The notes below the pieces were generated by a model. The model was not told where the DNA came from. It made no database searches and was given only the letters and a program-made list of their open reading frames with translations. Of a stretch of 64,000 nt of DNA, positions 9,607 to 19,608 are shown piece by piece. Within the stretch, counting starts at the first letter, position 1. Every line of letters begins with the position of its first letter. Both the position numbers and the translations under genes were made by a program. The stretch comes from a candidate division CPR3 bacterium GWF2_35_18 (GTDB taxonomy: Bacteria; Patescibacteriota; CPR3; GWF2-35-18). Location of the stretch: the NCBI GenBank assembly GCA_001771135.1, contig MESW01000002.1:5315-69314 (forward strand), given 5' to 3'.

Positions 9607-10842
9607 ATGAAAAAGATTCAAGTCTTTATTAATTTAATTATTATTTTTGTCATTTTTATGCTTTATCCGTTTTTATTTGCACAACAAGTGAGAGCGGAAG
9701 AGTCAAAAAAGGTGAATATCTATTTATTTTGGGGAGAAGGTTGTCCACATTGTGCTTCAGAGAAAGTTTTTTTGGAGGATTTTGCTAAAGAGAATTCAAA
9801 TGTGAAATTTTATGATTATGAAGTTTGGAAGTCTGAAGAGAACCGAAACCTTCTCATAAAAGTGGGAGATAAGTTGGGAGTATCAGTTTCCGGAGTTCCA
9901 TTTTTAGTTGTAGGAGATAAATATTTTGTCGGTTTCTATTCTGAGGAAACAACAGGAAAAGCCATTAAAGAAACCGTATATTATGCTTCTGTTTATGGCT
10001 GTCGAGACATTATAGCTGAAATTTTAAATTCCGTTGATACTCAAAACGAAGATGAGCAATGTCCTTCTGAAAGCACTCAATCCGCCAATATCCCAGAGAA
10101 GATTACACTGCCTTTAATCGGAGATTTTTCCATTAAAAATCTCTCCTTGCCGGTTTTGACAATTATTCTAGGTATTTTAGATGGTTTTAATCCTTGTGCG
10201 ATGTGGGTTTTATTATTTCTAATCAGTTTACTCTTGGGTATGCAGGACAAAAAAAGAAGGTGGATTTTAGGGACAGCTTTTATCATCGCTTCAGCTTCAG
10301 TTTATTTTGTTTTTATGGCTGCCTGGTTGAATTTATTACTTTTTATTGGATTCATTGTTTGGGTGAGAATTATTATTGGGCTTATTGCATTAGCCGGAGG
10401 AGGTTATAATCTTCGGGAATTTGTTGTAAATAAGGATGGAAGTTGTAAGGTAACCGGAAGCGAAAAGCGCAAAAAGGTTTTTGAGCAGTTAAAAGAGATA
10501 ACCCATCAGAAGCAATTTATTTTAGCTTTTTTAGGAATTATTCTTTTAGCTTTTGTGGTGAATTTAGTCGAACTTGTTTGTTCTGCTGGTCTACCAGTTG
10601 TTTTTACACAGATTTTGACCCTGAGTAAAGTTTCCTCTTGGCAATATTATGCATATATGTTTTTATATATCTTTTTCTTTATGATTGATGATCTCTTTGT
10701 TTTTTTCACGGCTATGATTACTATGGAAATGACTGGTATCAGTGGTAAATATAGTCGATTTTCACATCTTATTGGAGGTTTTTTAATGATTATAATTGGT
10801 TTATTACTTATTTTTAAGCCGGAATTATTGATGTTTAGTTAG
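9607..10842 (+). CDS. Glutaredoxin/thioredoxin fused to a CcdA/DsbD-like membrane domain
   Basis: CPHC active site; cis-Pro GVP; TM cysteines in DGFNPCAM and ELVCSAG. Confidence 0.82.
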   Translation: MKKIQVFINLIIIFVIFMLYPFLFAQQVRAEESKKVNIYLFWGEGCPHCASEKVFLEDFAKENSNVKFYDYEVWKSEENRNLLIKVGDKLGVSVSGVPFLVVGDKYFVGFYSEETTGKAIKETVYYASVYGCRDIIAEILNSVDTQNEDEQCPSESTQSANIPEKITLPLIGDFSIKNLSLPVLTIILGILDGFNPCAMWVLLFLISLLLGMQDKKRRWILGTAFIIASASVYFVFMAAWLNLLLFIGFIVWVRIIIGLIALAGGGYNLREFVVNKDGSCKVTGSEKRKKVFEQLKEITHQKQFILAFLGIILLAFVVNLVELVCSAGLPVVFTQILTLSKVSSWQYYAYMFLYIFFFMIDDLFVFFTAMITMEMTGISGKYSRFSHLIGGFLMIIIGLLLIFKPELLMFS

Positions 10843-10867
10843 TCTAAAAACTTAGAGTTTCAAATCG

Positions 10868-11995
10868 ATGCGAAAAAAAATATTGTTTTTAATTATCATA
10901 CTTTTAACATTAATAGTTTACCCTAATCCTATTTTTGCCCAATCAGAAGTCGAAAGTAGTTCGAGTTTTCAGACCGAAACTTTAGAAGCAAAAGTTATTA
11001 AAATTTTGGAGGAAAAAGATCATTTTCAAAAATTAGAACTTCAGATAAATATAGGCTCTAGAAAAGGAGAAACTGTAATTGTCGAAAATGGCGGTGGTGA
11101 GGTTGAGTCAGTATACATTCCTATGTACAAAGAAGGGGATCAGGTTGTTTTAATGAGACAGTCTAGCGATAATAATCAAGAGATTTTTTATATCACTGAT
11201 TATGTACGCAGAAGTCCTTTATTTTGGTTAGTATTATTCTTTTTGGTAATAGTATTAGTTGTAGGAAAATGGAGAGGTTTAAGCTCTCTTTTTGGTTTAG
11301 GACTAACTTTTTTTGTTATTTTAATGTTCATCGTTCCCCAAATTGCCAGTGGAAGAGACCCGGTTTTTATTACTATTGTTGGCTCTCTTTTGATTCTTCC
11401 CCTGACTTTTTATCTTTCACATGGAATAAATAAAAAGACTCATATTGCTCTTTTGGGAACCTTTATTGCAGTTATTATGACTGGGATTTTGTCAGGATTG
11501 TTTATCTATTTTGGAAAGCTTACTGGATACTTTTCTGAAGAGGTCGGAATCTTAAGTGCGCTTAAAGCTGGTTCTATCAACATGCAAGGTTTACTTCTGT
11601 CAGGAATTATTATCGGAACTTTAGGAGTTCTTGATGACATTACCATTTCTCAGGCGGCAATTGTAATGCAGCTATATGAAATCTCCGTTGGCAAAGTGAG
11701 GTTTCAAGAGATTTTTAAACGAGCTATGGAAGTGGGGAAAGATCATATCGCGTCGATGATAAACACTTTATTCTTGGTTTATACAGGAGCATCCTTACCG
11801 TTATTACTGCTTTTTACAAATAATCCACGTCCTTTTTTAGAACTCATTAATTATGAACCTATTGCCACAGAAATTATTCGAACCCTAGTAGGAAGTATCG
11901 GCTTAATTATGGCGGTACCGATTACGACTTTAATAAGTATTTATTTTATGAAAAGGAATACTTTATATCTTGATAAAACCAAATACCGTAGTTAG
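10868..11995 (+). CDS. YibE/F family membrane protein
   Basis: GTLGVLDDITISQ, DHIASMINTLFLVYTGASLP and EIIRTLVGSIG motifs. Confidence 0.9.
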   Translation: MRKKILFLIIILLTLIVYPNPIFAQSEVESSSSFQTETLEAKVIKILEEKDHFQKLELQINIGSRKGETVIVENGGGEVESVYIPMYKEGDQVVLMRQSSDNNQEIFYITDYVRRSPLFWLVLFFLVIVLVVGKWRGLSSLFGLGLTFFVILMFIVPQIASGRDPVFITIVGSLLILPLTFYLSHGINKKTHIALLGTFIAVIMTGILSGLFIYFGKLTGYFSEEVGILSALKAGSINMQGLLLSGIIIGTLGVLDDITISQAAIVMQLYEISVGKVRFQEIFKRAMEVGKDHIASMINTLFLVYTGASLPLLLLFTNNPRPFLELINYEPIATEIIRTLVGSIGLIMAVPITTLISIYFMKRNTLYLDKTKYRS

Positions 11996-13188
11996 TATCT
12001 TAGATCTACTTCATCTCCAATACGCCAATAAGTAACGCCTTTAATTCCATAATCGGCTGCCAGTTTTTTGCGCAGATCAATTGACTCCTGATTTTGAAAA
12101 ACCACAATGTGATTTTCATCATTATCGTTTGTATATTTCCCAATCGCTTCACCCCAATAATCATTAAACTCAACTTCAAAATCATAAGCAGCCGTTACTT
12201 TTTTGATTTCATCGTAGTAATAAGCAGAGGCTTCTTTAAGATTTTCACCTGTTCGCATATATAAAACCGGATAGTACTCAATTTTTGGTAAAGCGGGACG
12301 CTCCGTGAAGTCGAAAGCGTAGGTGGGAATACCAATCACTAGTTTTTCGCGTGGGACACCGACGTAAATAGCATAGCGAATGACATCTTCCACCCAAGCG
12401 ATTGGGGAGACTGGTCCATAATAAATACTGGTTCTGTTGGTATAGTCATAGGTCATGATTCTCAGTTCATCAGTAATTTTAGCAAGACGTTTATAGTCAA
12501 AGGTCTTTCGGGTTTGCGGTAAGGTGGTATAGAGAATATCCTCTTCTCCCCATTTGGAAACAGCTGTAAAGACTAGCTTTTTATTATTTTCATGTAGTAT
12601 TAAGGCGAGCGTTTCTAAAAAGTTATAAAAAAGCTCGTCGTCATCCAGATAAACTGATTCATAATCGAGATCGATGCCGTCATAATTATTTCTAGTTACA
12701 ATCTGAATAATTTCGTTAAGATGTTTTTCACGGTATTCTATGCTATTGAGCATGGAACTTAAGGTATCCGCGTTAAAAGTCGTAATCGTAGGAATAAGTT
12801 CAATATTATTATTCTTTACAAATTGGATGAATTCTTCGTTATTGGTGCTTGCATTTGGTTCTAAAGAACCATCTTCATTCAAGTCGTACCAAAAAGGACT
12901 GATACTAGAGAAGGTATCTTTTTGGGTTCGTAAAGAGTTGAAGCCATCCTGAAAGTCCCAATCGGGAATCCAACCCGTTATTTGGATCTCTTCAATCTTT
13001 TTGGCTTGCTTTTCAATATTTCGGATTTTTTCCAATTCCGATTCTGATTCTGATTGGGAAGAATTTAGATAACAAAAGTTGAGAGGACAACTTCCTTTAT
13101 TTGAAAATAACAGATATCCTTCCCCAATGATTATGGAGAAGAGAAAGATAATAAAAAATATCAGTAGTAATTTCGGTAATGTTTTCAT
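11992..13188 (-). CDS. GH18 glycoside hydrolase (chitinase/spore-peptidoglycan-hydrolase-like)
   Basis: YDGIDLDYE (DxxDxDxE), IMTYD and GVTYWRIGDE. Confidence 0.88.
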   Translation of the reverse strand: MKTLPKLLLIFFIIFLFSIIIGEGYLLFSNKGSCPLNFCYLNSSQSESESELEKIRNIEKQAKKIEEIQITGWIPDWDFQDGFNSLRTQKDTFSSISPFWYDLNEDGSLEPNASTNNEEFIQFVKNNNIELIPTITTFNADTLSSMLNSIEYREKHLNEIIQIVTRNNYDGIDLDYESVYLDDDELFYNFLETLALILHENNKKLVFTAVSKWGEEDILYTTLPQTRKTFDYKRLAKITDELRIMTYDYTNRTSIYYGPVSPIAWVEDVIRYAIYVGVPREKLVIGIPTYAFDFTERPALPKIEYYPVLYMRTGENLKEASAYYYDEIKKVTAAYDFEVEFNDYWGEAIGKYTNDNDENHIVVFQNQESIDLRKKLAADYGIKGVTYWRIGDEVDLRY

Positions 13189-13302
13189 TATTGGTTATCT
13201 TAACATATTAATATCTAAAACTGCATTTTTTTGCCAATACAGGAAAGTTAAGTATATAATAGTTTAGACTTATAACTTCATCCTCTCATAAAGGAGACGT
13301 AT

Positions 13303-14094
13303 ATGAAAAAAGTTCTTTTTTTTCTACTTATAATTTTTCTTTTAATTGTATTTGGAATCATATTTGTGCTTGCTTATTTGGGATATATTCCCGGATTATC
13401 AAAACTCCTTGGAGCAGAAACTCCTCGAGATCTGGGAATTACTTATACAGAGGCAGATAAAACTGCAGCGAGAGCAAAAAGTAAAATAAAATATGAAGAA
13501 TTACCAGCGACTACTTCTGTGGAGAAAAGTTATAAATTCAGCGGAACACGAAAGATAAATAATTCCTGGAGTTCCGCCGAAATGACGGCTTTAATGAATA
13601 ACCGTCCCTGGAAATATTGGCCGATAAAAGATGTGCAGATAAAGTTTAATGCTGATGGAACTGCAGAACTCTCTGGTGTTGTCATAAAAGACAAGCTAAT
13701 TGGTTACGCCCAGGCAATCGGAGTCCCTCAGGAAGTGGTGTCAACTGTTGTCAGCTTTCTTCCTCCCACTCCGACTTTCTATTTAAAAGGTAAAGCTTCC
13801 CTAGAAGAGAACAAGGTGAAAGATTTTGAGCCACAAGCAGTATATCTTGGGAAGATGCCTTTACCCGTTGATACTTTGATGGCTATTCTTGATGATAGAG
13901 GTTTTAATCCGACCTATGCGGCTGATCCAATCTCAGAGCTTTCCAAGTACCAGGGAAAGAGAGAAGCGATTATCAGTTTTATCAATGATAAACTAGCAAG
14001 TTTGACTGGATTCTATGCAAAAGAAGCTTACTTTGGAGATGGTAAACTGTATTTTGACGGTAATTTGTCGGAAAAAGAAGCAACGGTTAGATAA
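13303..14094 (+). CDS. Membrane-anchored hypothetical protein
   Basis: AAGGAG RBS; N-terminal TM; 263-aa ORF. Confidence 0.75.
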   Translation: MKKVLFFLLIIFLLIVFGIIFVLAYLGYIPGLSKLLGAETPRDLGITYTEADKTAARAKSKIKYEELPATTSVEKSYKFSGTRKINNSWSSAEMTALMNNRPWKYWPIKDVQIKFNADGTAELSGVVIKDKLIGYAQAIGVPQEVVSTVVSFLPPTPTFYLKGKASLEENKVKDFEPQAVYLGKMPLPVDTLMAILDDRGFNPTYAADPISELSKYQGKREAIISFINDKLASLTGFYAKEAYFGDGKLYFDGNLSEKEATVR

Positions 14095-14209
14095 AGATAA
14101 TTATTCTTAATTTATTATTTCTATCTTTTTAAGGGAGAAATACTTGTAGTCCTTCATAATTTAGGCGTGATTATTTGGTTGTGAGGAATGATTACTTTTA
14201 TTTTTACTT

Positions 14210-14947
14210 TTGTGCTTTACCAACTTAATTAATATGAGTAGGATAAAAAAAGAGATTCAAGAATTTTATAAATTTTTACGTTTTTCTCATCATGCTTTAC
14301 TCATTTTAGTTGAGATTATCTCCGGAGCTTTGCTGAGTTTATTGATGTTGATGATTTTTGCGGAGATAACCGAAAAAGTATTATACGAACAGGTTTTATT
14401 TATTGATGTTAATTTTGCCGAATTTATTTACTCGCTTCGAACGCCCTTTTTAACGATACTCATGAATGTTATTACTTATTTCGGTTCTTCGGTTGTGATC
14501 TTCATCACAACCGTATTTATCATTTTAGTATCTTTTAGAAAGCATCGGAAGGAAGCGATCTTTTTTATCTTTACCTTATTTATGGGAATTACGATCAACT
14601 TCTTTTTAAAACTTATTTTTCAAATCCCTCGACCAAATATTGCTCCTCTAATAGTCGAAAATACCTATAGCTATCCATCTGGACATGCCATGAATTCCTT
14701 GGTTCTTTATGGGACAGTTTCTTACCTTACTTATCGTTATTTTCATAACAAAAAACTTGAAGCTATTGTAATCACAGTATCAATGGTTCTAGTTTTTTTA
14801 ATCGGATTTAGCCGGATTTATTTAGGAGTACATTATCTAAGTGACGTCGTAGCTGGATATATCGCCGGATTTTTTTGGTTACTGATGTGTATTCTTATTG
14901 AAAGATCAATCCGCTTTCTAAGATTATTTATCAAATTTGAAGAGTGA
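14210..14947 (+). CDS. PAP2 family phosphatase
   Basis: K....PRP, SYPSGH and SRIYLGVHYLSDV motifs. Confidence 0.92.
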   Translation: MCFTNLINMSRIKKEIQEFYKFLRFSHHALLILVEIISGALLSLLMLMIFAEITEKVLYEQVLFIDVNFAEFIYSLRTPFLTILMNVITYFGSSVVIFITTVFIILVSFRKHRKEAIFFIFTLFMGITINFFLKLIFQIPRPNIAPLIVENTYSYPSGHAMNSLVLYGTVSYLTYRYFHNKKLEAIVITVSMVLVFLIGFSRIYLGVHYLSDVVAGYIAGFFWLLMCILIERSIRFLRLFIKFEE

Positions 14948-15461
14948 GGATTTAATGATGACAAATCTGCAAAAGGTCAAAAAAATTATTAAAGAAACTA
15001 AGTACATGACGATTGCAGTTTCTGATTATTCTTATAACAACTGGATTGCTAATCTCTATTTCGCTGTTGACAAAGACTACAATTTTTACTGGTATTCTTC
15101 AAAAGACTCTCAACATTCAAAATACATCTCTGAGAACGGAAAGATATCTATTTCCATTTTCAATTCAGAGGCTATGATTAATGATGTGGATGCGGTTTAT
15201 ATTGAGGCAAAAGCACATGAAATAAAATCAAAAAAAGAACTTCTAGCAGGATGCCTATGTTATGCTAAGAAAATGTGGGAAACAAAGTTTCTCCTAAAAA
15301 GGGGAGGAATCCAAAAATTTGTAAATGCCTATCATGATTTTCAAGGAGATTCGGTCTTACGCATGTACAAAGCTGTTCCTCAGAAGTTTTGGAAGCTGGC
15401 TCCATCAAAAATTATTAATGGAAAATTTATGGATAGTCGTATCAAAGTTAATATTAGGTAA
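14937..15461 (+). CDS. Pyridoxamine 5'-phosphate oxidase-like FMN-binding protein
   Basis: YMTIAV...LYFA...FYWYS..DSQHSK.I..N pattern. Confidence 0.75.
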   Translation: MKSEDLMMTNLQKVKKIIKETKYMTIAVSDYSYNNWIANLYFAVDKDYNFYWYSSKDSQHSKYISENGKISISIFNSEAMINDVDAVYIEAKAHEIKSKKELLAGCLCYAKKMWETKFLLKRGGIQKFVNAYHDFQGDSVLRMYKAVPQKFWKLAPSKIINGKFMDSRIKVNIR

Positions 15462-15468
15462 AGTTAAT

Positions 15469-15750
15469 TCATATGATTGCTGATTTTAGATTTAATAGAG
15501 TTCGGTAATAAATCATTTTTATTTTTGACTCTTTTTGTTTCATTATGAACGCAATTTCTGAAAATGTTAAATCTTCCCAAATCTTTAAACGTATAATTTC
15601 AGTTCCTTCATTTAGAATTTTTTCTGTTGTTGTTTCTTTCTCAATTTTTTCAAGAAGGTTTTTTGTAAAAGCGGCTTCTGGTTGGTATTTTGGATAGCTT
15701 TTTTCTTTTAGAATAGTTTCTTTAATTGTATGTAGATTTTTATCTTTCAT
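15469..15750 (-). CDS. Small protein with a sigma70 region-4-like HTH
   Basis: EIIRLKIWEDLTFSEIA...ESKIKMIYYRTL; no region 2. Confidence 0.55.
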   Translation of the reverse strand: MKDKNLHTIKETILKEKSYPKYQPEAAFTKNLLEKIEKETTTEKILNEGTEIIRLKIWEDLTFSEIAFIMKQKESKIKMIYYRTLLNLKSAII

Positions 15751-15853
15751 GTTTAATCCTTATTAATATTTTACTCAACTATAATAAATAAGTCGAAAAA
15801 ATCTAAAAAGTCACAAACTTGTTCGGTTTACATGAAAATGCTACCATATTTAT

Positions 15854-16783
15854 ATGGTTACTCAAGCATTAATTGATTATATTCAGAAAATGATAAAATC
15901 TGGATTATGGTCTGAAACAGTTTTACAGCAACTTATGCAAAAAGGTTGGAAGAAAGAGGATATTGAAGTAACTTTGAAAATGATTCAATCTCATAACGAG
16001 TCGGAGGATTCTTTGCAAGGAAAAGAGCCTTTTATTTCGAAAACTTCAAACATTTCTAATGAAAAACACATTCCAATACCTTTATTCAAAAAAATAACGA
16101 TGATTCTTGTTGATCCGATTTCATTTTTTGAGGAGATTAACTTTGAGAAAAAAATATGGAGAAGTCTTGTTTACTTATTGATTTTGTTTTTATTCTCTTA
16201 TATTCTGCGGATAATTATTTGGTTGACATATACTGTTTTAGCAAATTGGGATAAAAATCCGGATCTTTTTAAGAATGATTGGACACTTTCTATCTTTAAG
16301 TCATTACTTTATTCAGTTTTCATATTTCAGACAAAGAGCTTTTTATTCTTTATTGTGACCGTCATATCTCTAATTTTAATTATCTCTCTATTGGCCTTTA
16401 TTTTAAATAAATTATTTAAAGGACAGGGGAGTTTTTTTGATCTATTAAGAATATGCATTTATGGTTTTAGTCCATTAGTCATTATTCAGATTTTTTCGTG
16501 GCTAGATTTTTTTGATAAGTTAATGATAGTGAATGTGAATATTGGGAACGCATTTGAATACCTATTGCGTCAAAATACAATTTATATCAATTTAAATATT
16601 AACTATATTTTAGTATGGAGTTTAATTCTTATCAGTATTGGTTTTCAAAAGATAACTAAGTTAAATAATTGGAAATCGATCTTCTCAATTGTTATACCTT
16701 TTTCCCTTATATTATTTTACTTTATTATTACTTTTAAAATTATTCTTATTTCAGGCTTTGTTAGTCAAGTTATTCAATTTTAA
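15854..16783 (+). CDS. Yip1-domain membrane protein
   Basis: ILVDPISFF; F.G.GSF..L.RI..YG..P; multiple TM segments. Confidence 0.7.
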   Translation: MVTQALIDYIQKMIKSGLWSETVLQQLMQKGWKKEDIEVTLKMIQSHNESEDSLQGKEPFISKTSNISNEKHIPIPLFKKITMILVDPISFFEEINFEKKIWRSLVYLLILFLFSYILRIIIWLTYTVLANWDKNPDLFKNDWTLSIFKSLLYSVFIFQTKSFLFFIVTVISLILIISLLAFILNKLFKGQGSFFDLLRICIYGFSPLVIIQIFSWLDFFDKLMIVNVNIGNAFEYLLRQNTIYINLNINYILVWSLILISIGFQKITKLNNWKSIFSIVIPFSLILFYFIITFKIILISGFVSQVIQF

Positions 16784-17068
16784 TCAATTCAAATTATTTT
16801 GCATAATAAAAGAGAGGGCTAGGGGAGTATGTGGGTGCGAGTGAAAAAAACATACTGCCCTAGGGGGCAAAGAGAGAAAGAAGCATATAGATACGGTTTT
16901 AAATTATAGGGTCAGATGTACGTATCTATCTGAGAAGTTTTTGTCTAAACTATTTTTATTTAGGAAACTTCTTATTAAATGCATGAAGGATAAAAGATCC
17001 ACAAAAAGGGGTCTGCGACATTGTGTGTCGTAGATGCGTGGTCAACAGACCCCCTTTTGCGTGTGTGG

Positions 17069-17362
17069 CTACATTTGATCCAGGTTGAGGATCACCACGA
17101 TGATGCTCGAGAGCGTCTCGCGGAGATACTTTTCCCAGGACAAAGGATACCGATTGGTGTAACCCCAGCACTGAGCAACTTCAACTGGACCGATATATTG
17201 GTCAGCTTGAGCTATCAGTTCGCCAAGGTCTTTCCTGGGGATCCTCTTCACAAGTTGTTTAACCACTTCTTCGGGGTTACCGATTCCATGGTCTTGCGTC
17301 TTGTTGACTTCTTTTGCAACCTTCCGAAGAAGTTTGCATAGAGTCATTTTGTTTGTAGCCAT
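17069..17362 (-). CDS. Hypothetical protein (GC-rich cassette gene)
   Basis: AAAGGAGG RBS before ATG 17362; followed by a long stem-loop. Confidence 0.6.
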   Translation of the reverse strand: MATNKMTLCKLLRKVAKEVNKTQDHGIGNPEEVVKQLVKRIPRKDLGELIAQADQYIGPVEVAQCWGYTNRYPLSWEKYLRETLSSIIVVILNLDQM

Positions 17363-17627
17363 GAGCCACCTCCTTTGGAGCCACTGTTTGGCACAGTGCC
17401 AGATGAGTCCCGGGCCACCGGAAAGGACTCAGCCCTACGAAGCGATTAACAAGGTCAAAGAAATTGGTGATATATGACCTTTCGCTGTCCGGTTTAGAGG
17501 TGGTGGAGAAAAAACCTAGCTCTACGTGGTATCATGGCCGACGGAATTTTTCTACCGCCAGGCTGGTGGTCCGTTTGAGCGTACCCATACTTATCCGCAA
17601 CAGAGCTAGGGATTGGAAAAACAGGAT

Positions 17628-18221
17628 CTAGGTGTTTTCGAATGGATTCTGCCAACCAAGACCTTTGGCATTTAATGAATTTAAAATAGTATCGTAAGCC
17701 TTACGTGTAAGTCCTTGCTTTCCGTCAAGACAACCTTCAGCTTCTCCATCGGTAGCGGCCTCGAGCGTGTGGCAAATAGAAATTGCTTGATTTATGGGTA
17801 GGTGAAGAGTGATTATTTGACCGAAGAATTTTTCGATGTCAGCGGGATTTGAGTAATGCTCATCTTTCAGAGCTAGGTACAAAATCGCGGAACCCGTTTC
17901 GTCGCTCCAGAGAACAATCTCCAACCGAAAATCGTTCCGTCCAGATTCGTTTGTGAAAACCGCGATTCTAGTTGTGTATCCAGTTTTGCGAACGACATCA
18001 AATGCTTCACGTACGACTTGATTGAAAACCATCATCGTAAAATCGTGAATTCCGATGTAGTCGTCGGCGGCTGGGGTGCCGCAAAAGAGTTGGAAGACAA
18101 CCTGACCATGCTCAGTATAGACCGGCAAGAAGTTGCCTTTGATTCCACTTGTTCGCAATCCGTGCATGCCCAGAATTTCTTGGGCTTTAGTTAAAAGGAT
18201 GGTTTTAGGTTTTGTGTTCAT
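17628..18221 (-). CDS. Hypothetical protein (GC-rich cassette gene)
   Basis: GGAGG RBS before MNTKPK at 18221 (track start 18266). Confidence 0.65.
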   Translation of the reverse strand: MNTKPKTILLTKAQEILGMHGLRTSGIKGNFLPVYTEHGQVVFQLFCGTPAADDYIGIHDFTMMVFNQVVREAFDVVRKTGYTTRIAVFTNESGRNDFRLEIVLWSDETGSAILYLALKDEHYSNPADIEKFFGQIITLHLPINQAISICHTLEAATDGEAEGCLDGKQGLTRKAYDTILNSLNAKGLGWQNPFENT

Positions 18222-18497
18222 AGGTCCTCCTCGAACCTGTCCTGCTTCCTCGGCAGGAGTGAACATTTGAATGGTTGGTTGAATTGAATTGGTTGGTGTT
18301 AAACGAACGAATTCTCGAATTTTTCGATAGACCTTCCTTTCTTTTTCTTTGATTTTGGATAGGCGAGCTTGTGAGCTCGAATCTTTTTGGCTTTATGCCA
18401 ATGGGATTAGTGAAGGAAGAAGAGTAATTTCTTTCCTCGCTATTCCCATTGGGAAAAGCCATTTTCAAGGCAATAACCTTGATGCATTATGCTTCAG

Positions 18498-18593
18498 TTT
18501 TTAAAGAACAATGATGATTTTTACCACTAAAAAATAAATGGAAAAACCACAAATAATGGCGGGAAGTATATCATATATTGATGTGAATATCAA
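18498..18593 (-). promoter_or_regulatory. Sigma70 promoter with a downstream boxA-like site
   Basis: TTGATA(18593-18588)-17-TGaTATACT(18570-18565); GTTCTTTAAAAA at 18509-18498. Confidence 0.6.
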
Positions 18594-18623
18594 AACTATG
18601 GGATTGAAGTTGGAATTCTGAAA

Positions 18624-19499
18624 TTATTTGATTCCTTCGGTTAAAGAAACGATTTTATAGCCTTTATTCTCAATATAAGTAAAGACCTCGTCAAGGATTT
18701 CTCCGGTAATATTGTCTCCAATATGCATAAGGTAGATAGCTCCATTTTCGAGATTGTCATAAATTCTTTGTTTTACCTCATTTGCGGTTATCCCTTCACT
18801 TTCCTTCCAGTCTAGGGCGTCAACTGTCCAATAAACCGATCGGTAACCTTCAATAGACGCAATATCAAGAATATGGGCATTTCGCTCTCCGTATGGCGGG
18901 CGGAAATATGGTTTTGTAGTTTTTCCAGTTAATTCCTTTAAAATAACTTCGGTTTTGGCAAATTCGTCTTTGATCTCGGCATCAGTCTTTTCCGTTAAAT
19001 GAGGGTGATCGTAGGTATGGTTAAAGATTTCATGGCCGGCAGTATCAATTTGTTTTATTTCATCTTGATTTTGTTCTGCCCACTTTCCGGTAGTAAAAAA
19101 TGTAGCGGTAATGTTGTGTTTATTTAGAGCAGAAAGAATTTCGTCAATCGATTGGTTTCCAGATCCTCCGTCAAAGGTAAAAATAACCTGTTTTTTGTTT
19201 GTATTACCCCAGACAATTTCTTTAGGGGTTTCGGTCAATTCTTCCAGTTCATTTGGATTTTCCTCTTCTTGTAATTGTTCTGAAGGGGTTGTTTCTGGTA
19301 TTTCTATCGGATTATCCTCTTGAAAAGTATCTTCATTACTGCTTTGACTAGACTCTGTTGTTTTATTAGTTTCAAAATATCTGTTTTCAATGGGTTCAGT
19401 ATTAGTGAGAAAAACTATCAGGATTATGCTGATAATTATTGCCAAAGTAAAAAAGGCGGTTACTAAAACCACAATTTTGTGAGCGAATATATCTTTCAT
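18624..19499 (-). CDS. CE4 polysaccharide deacetylase
   Basis: FTFDGG, NHTYDH, FRPPYG, DW and LMH motifs; N-terminal TM. Confidence 0.9.
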   Translation of the reverse strand: MKDIFAHKIVVLVTAFFTLAIIISIILIVFLTNTEPIENRYFETNKTTESSQSSNEDTFQEDNPIEIPETTPSEQLQEEENPNELEELTETPKEIVWGNTNKKQVIFTFDGGSGNQSIDEILSALNKHNITATFFTTGKWAEQNQDEIKQIDTAGHEIFNHTYDHPHLTEKTDAEIKDEFAKTEVILKELTGKTTKPYFRPPYGERNAHILDIASIEGYRSVYWTVDALDWKESEGITANEVKQRIYDNLENGAIYLMHIGDNITGEILDEVFTYIENKGYKIVSLTEGIK

Positions 19500-19608
19500 A
19501 TGTTCTATATTTTATCTTAAAAATAGATTAAAAGGAAATTTTTTTGTCCTATAGCTTAGTTATGTTATGCTGGAATTATCGTCTTTTATCTTTTTCTAAG
19601 GAGAAATT

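Noticed and set aside
17021-17341. Plus-strand 106-aa ORF and the many other 60-150 aa ORFs overlapping called genes
   Set aside because: Antisense or alternate-frame shadows lacking RBS and motifs; the opposing gene has better support
17399-17430. CAGATGAGTCC...GGAC hammerhead-like stretch
   Set aside because: The core reads CAGAUGA and no GAAA follows the stem
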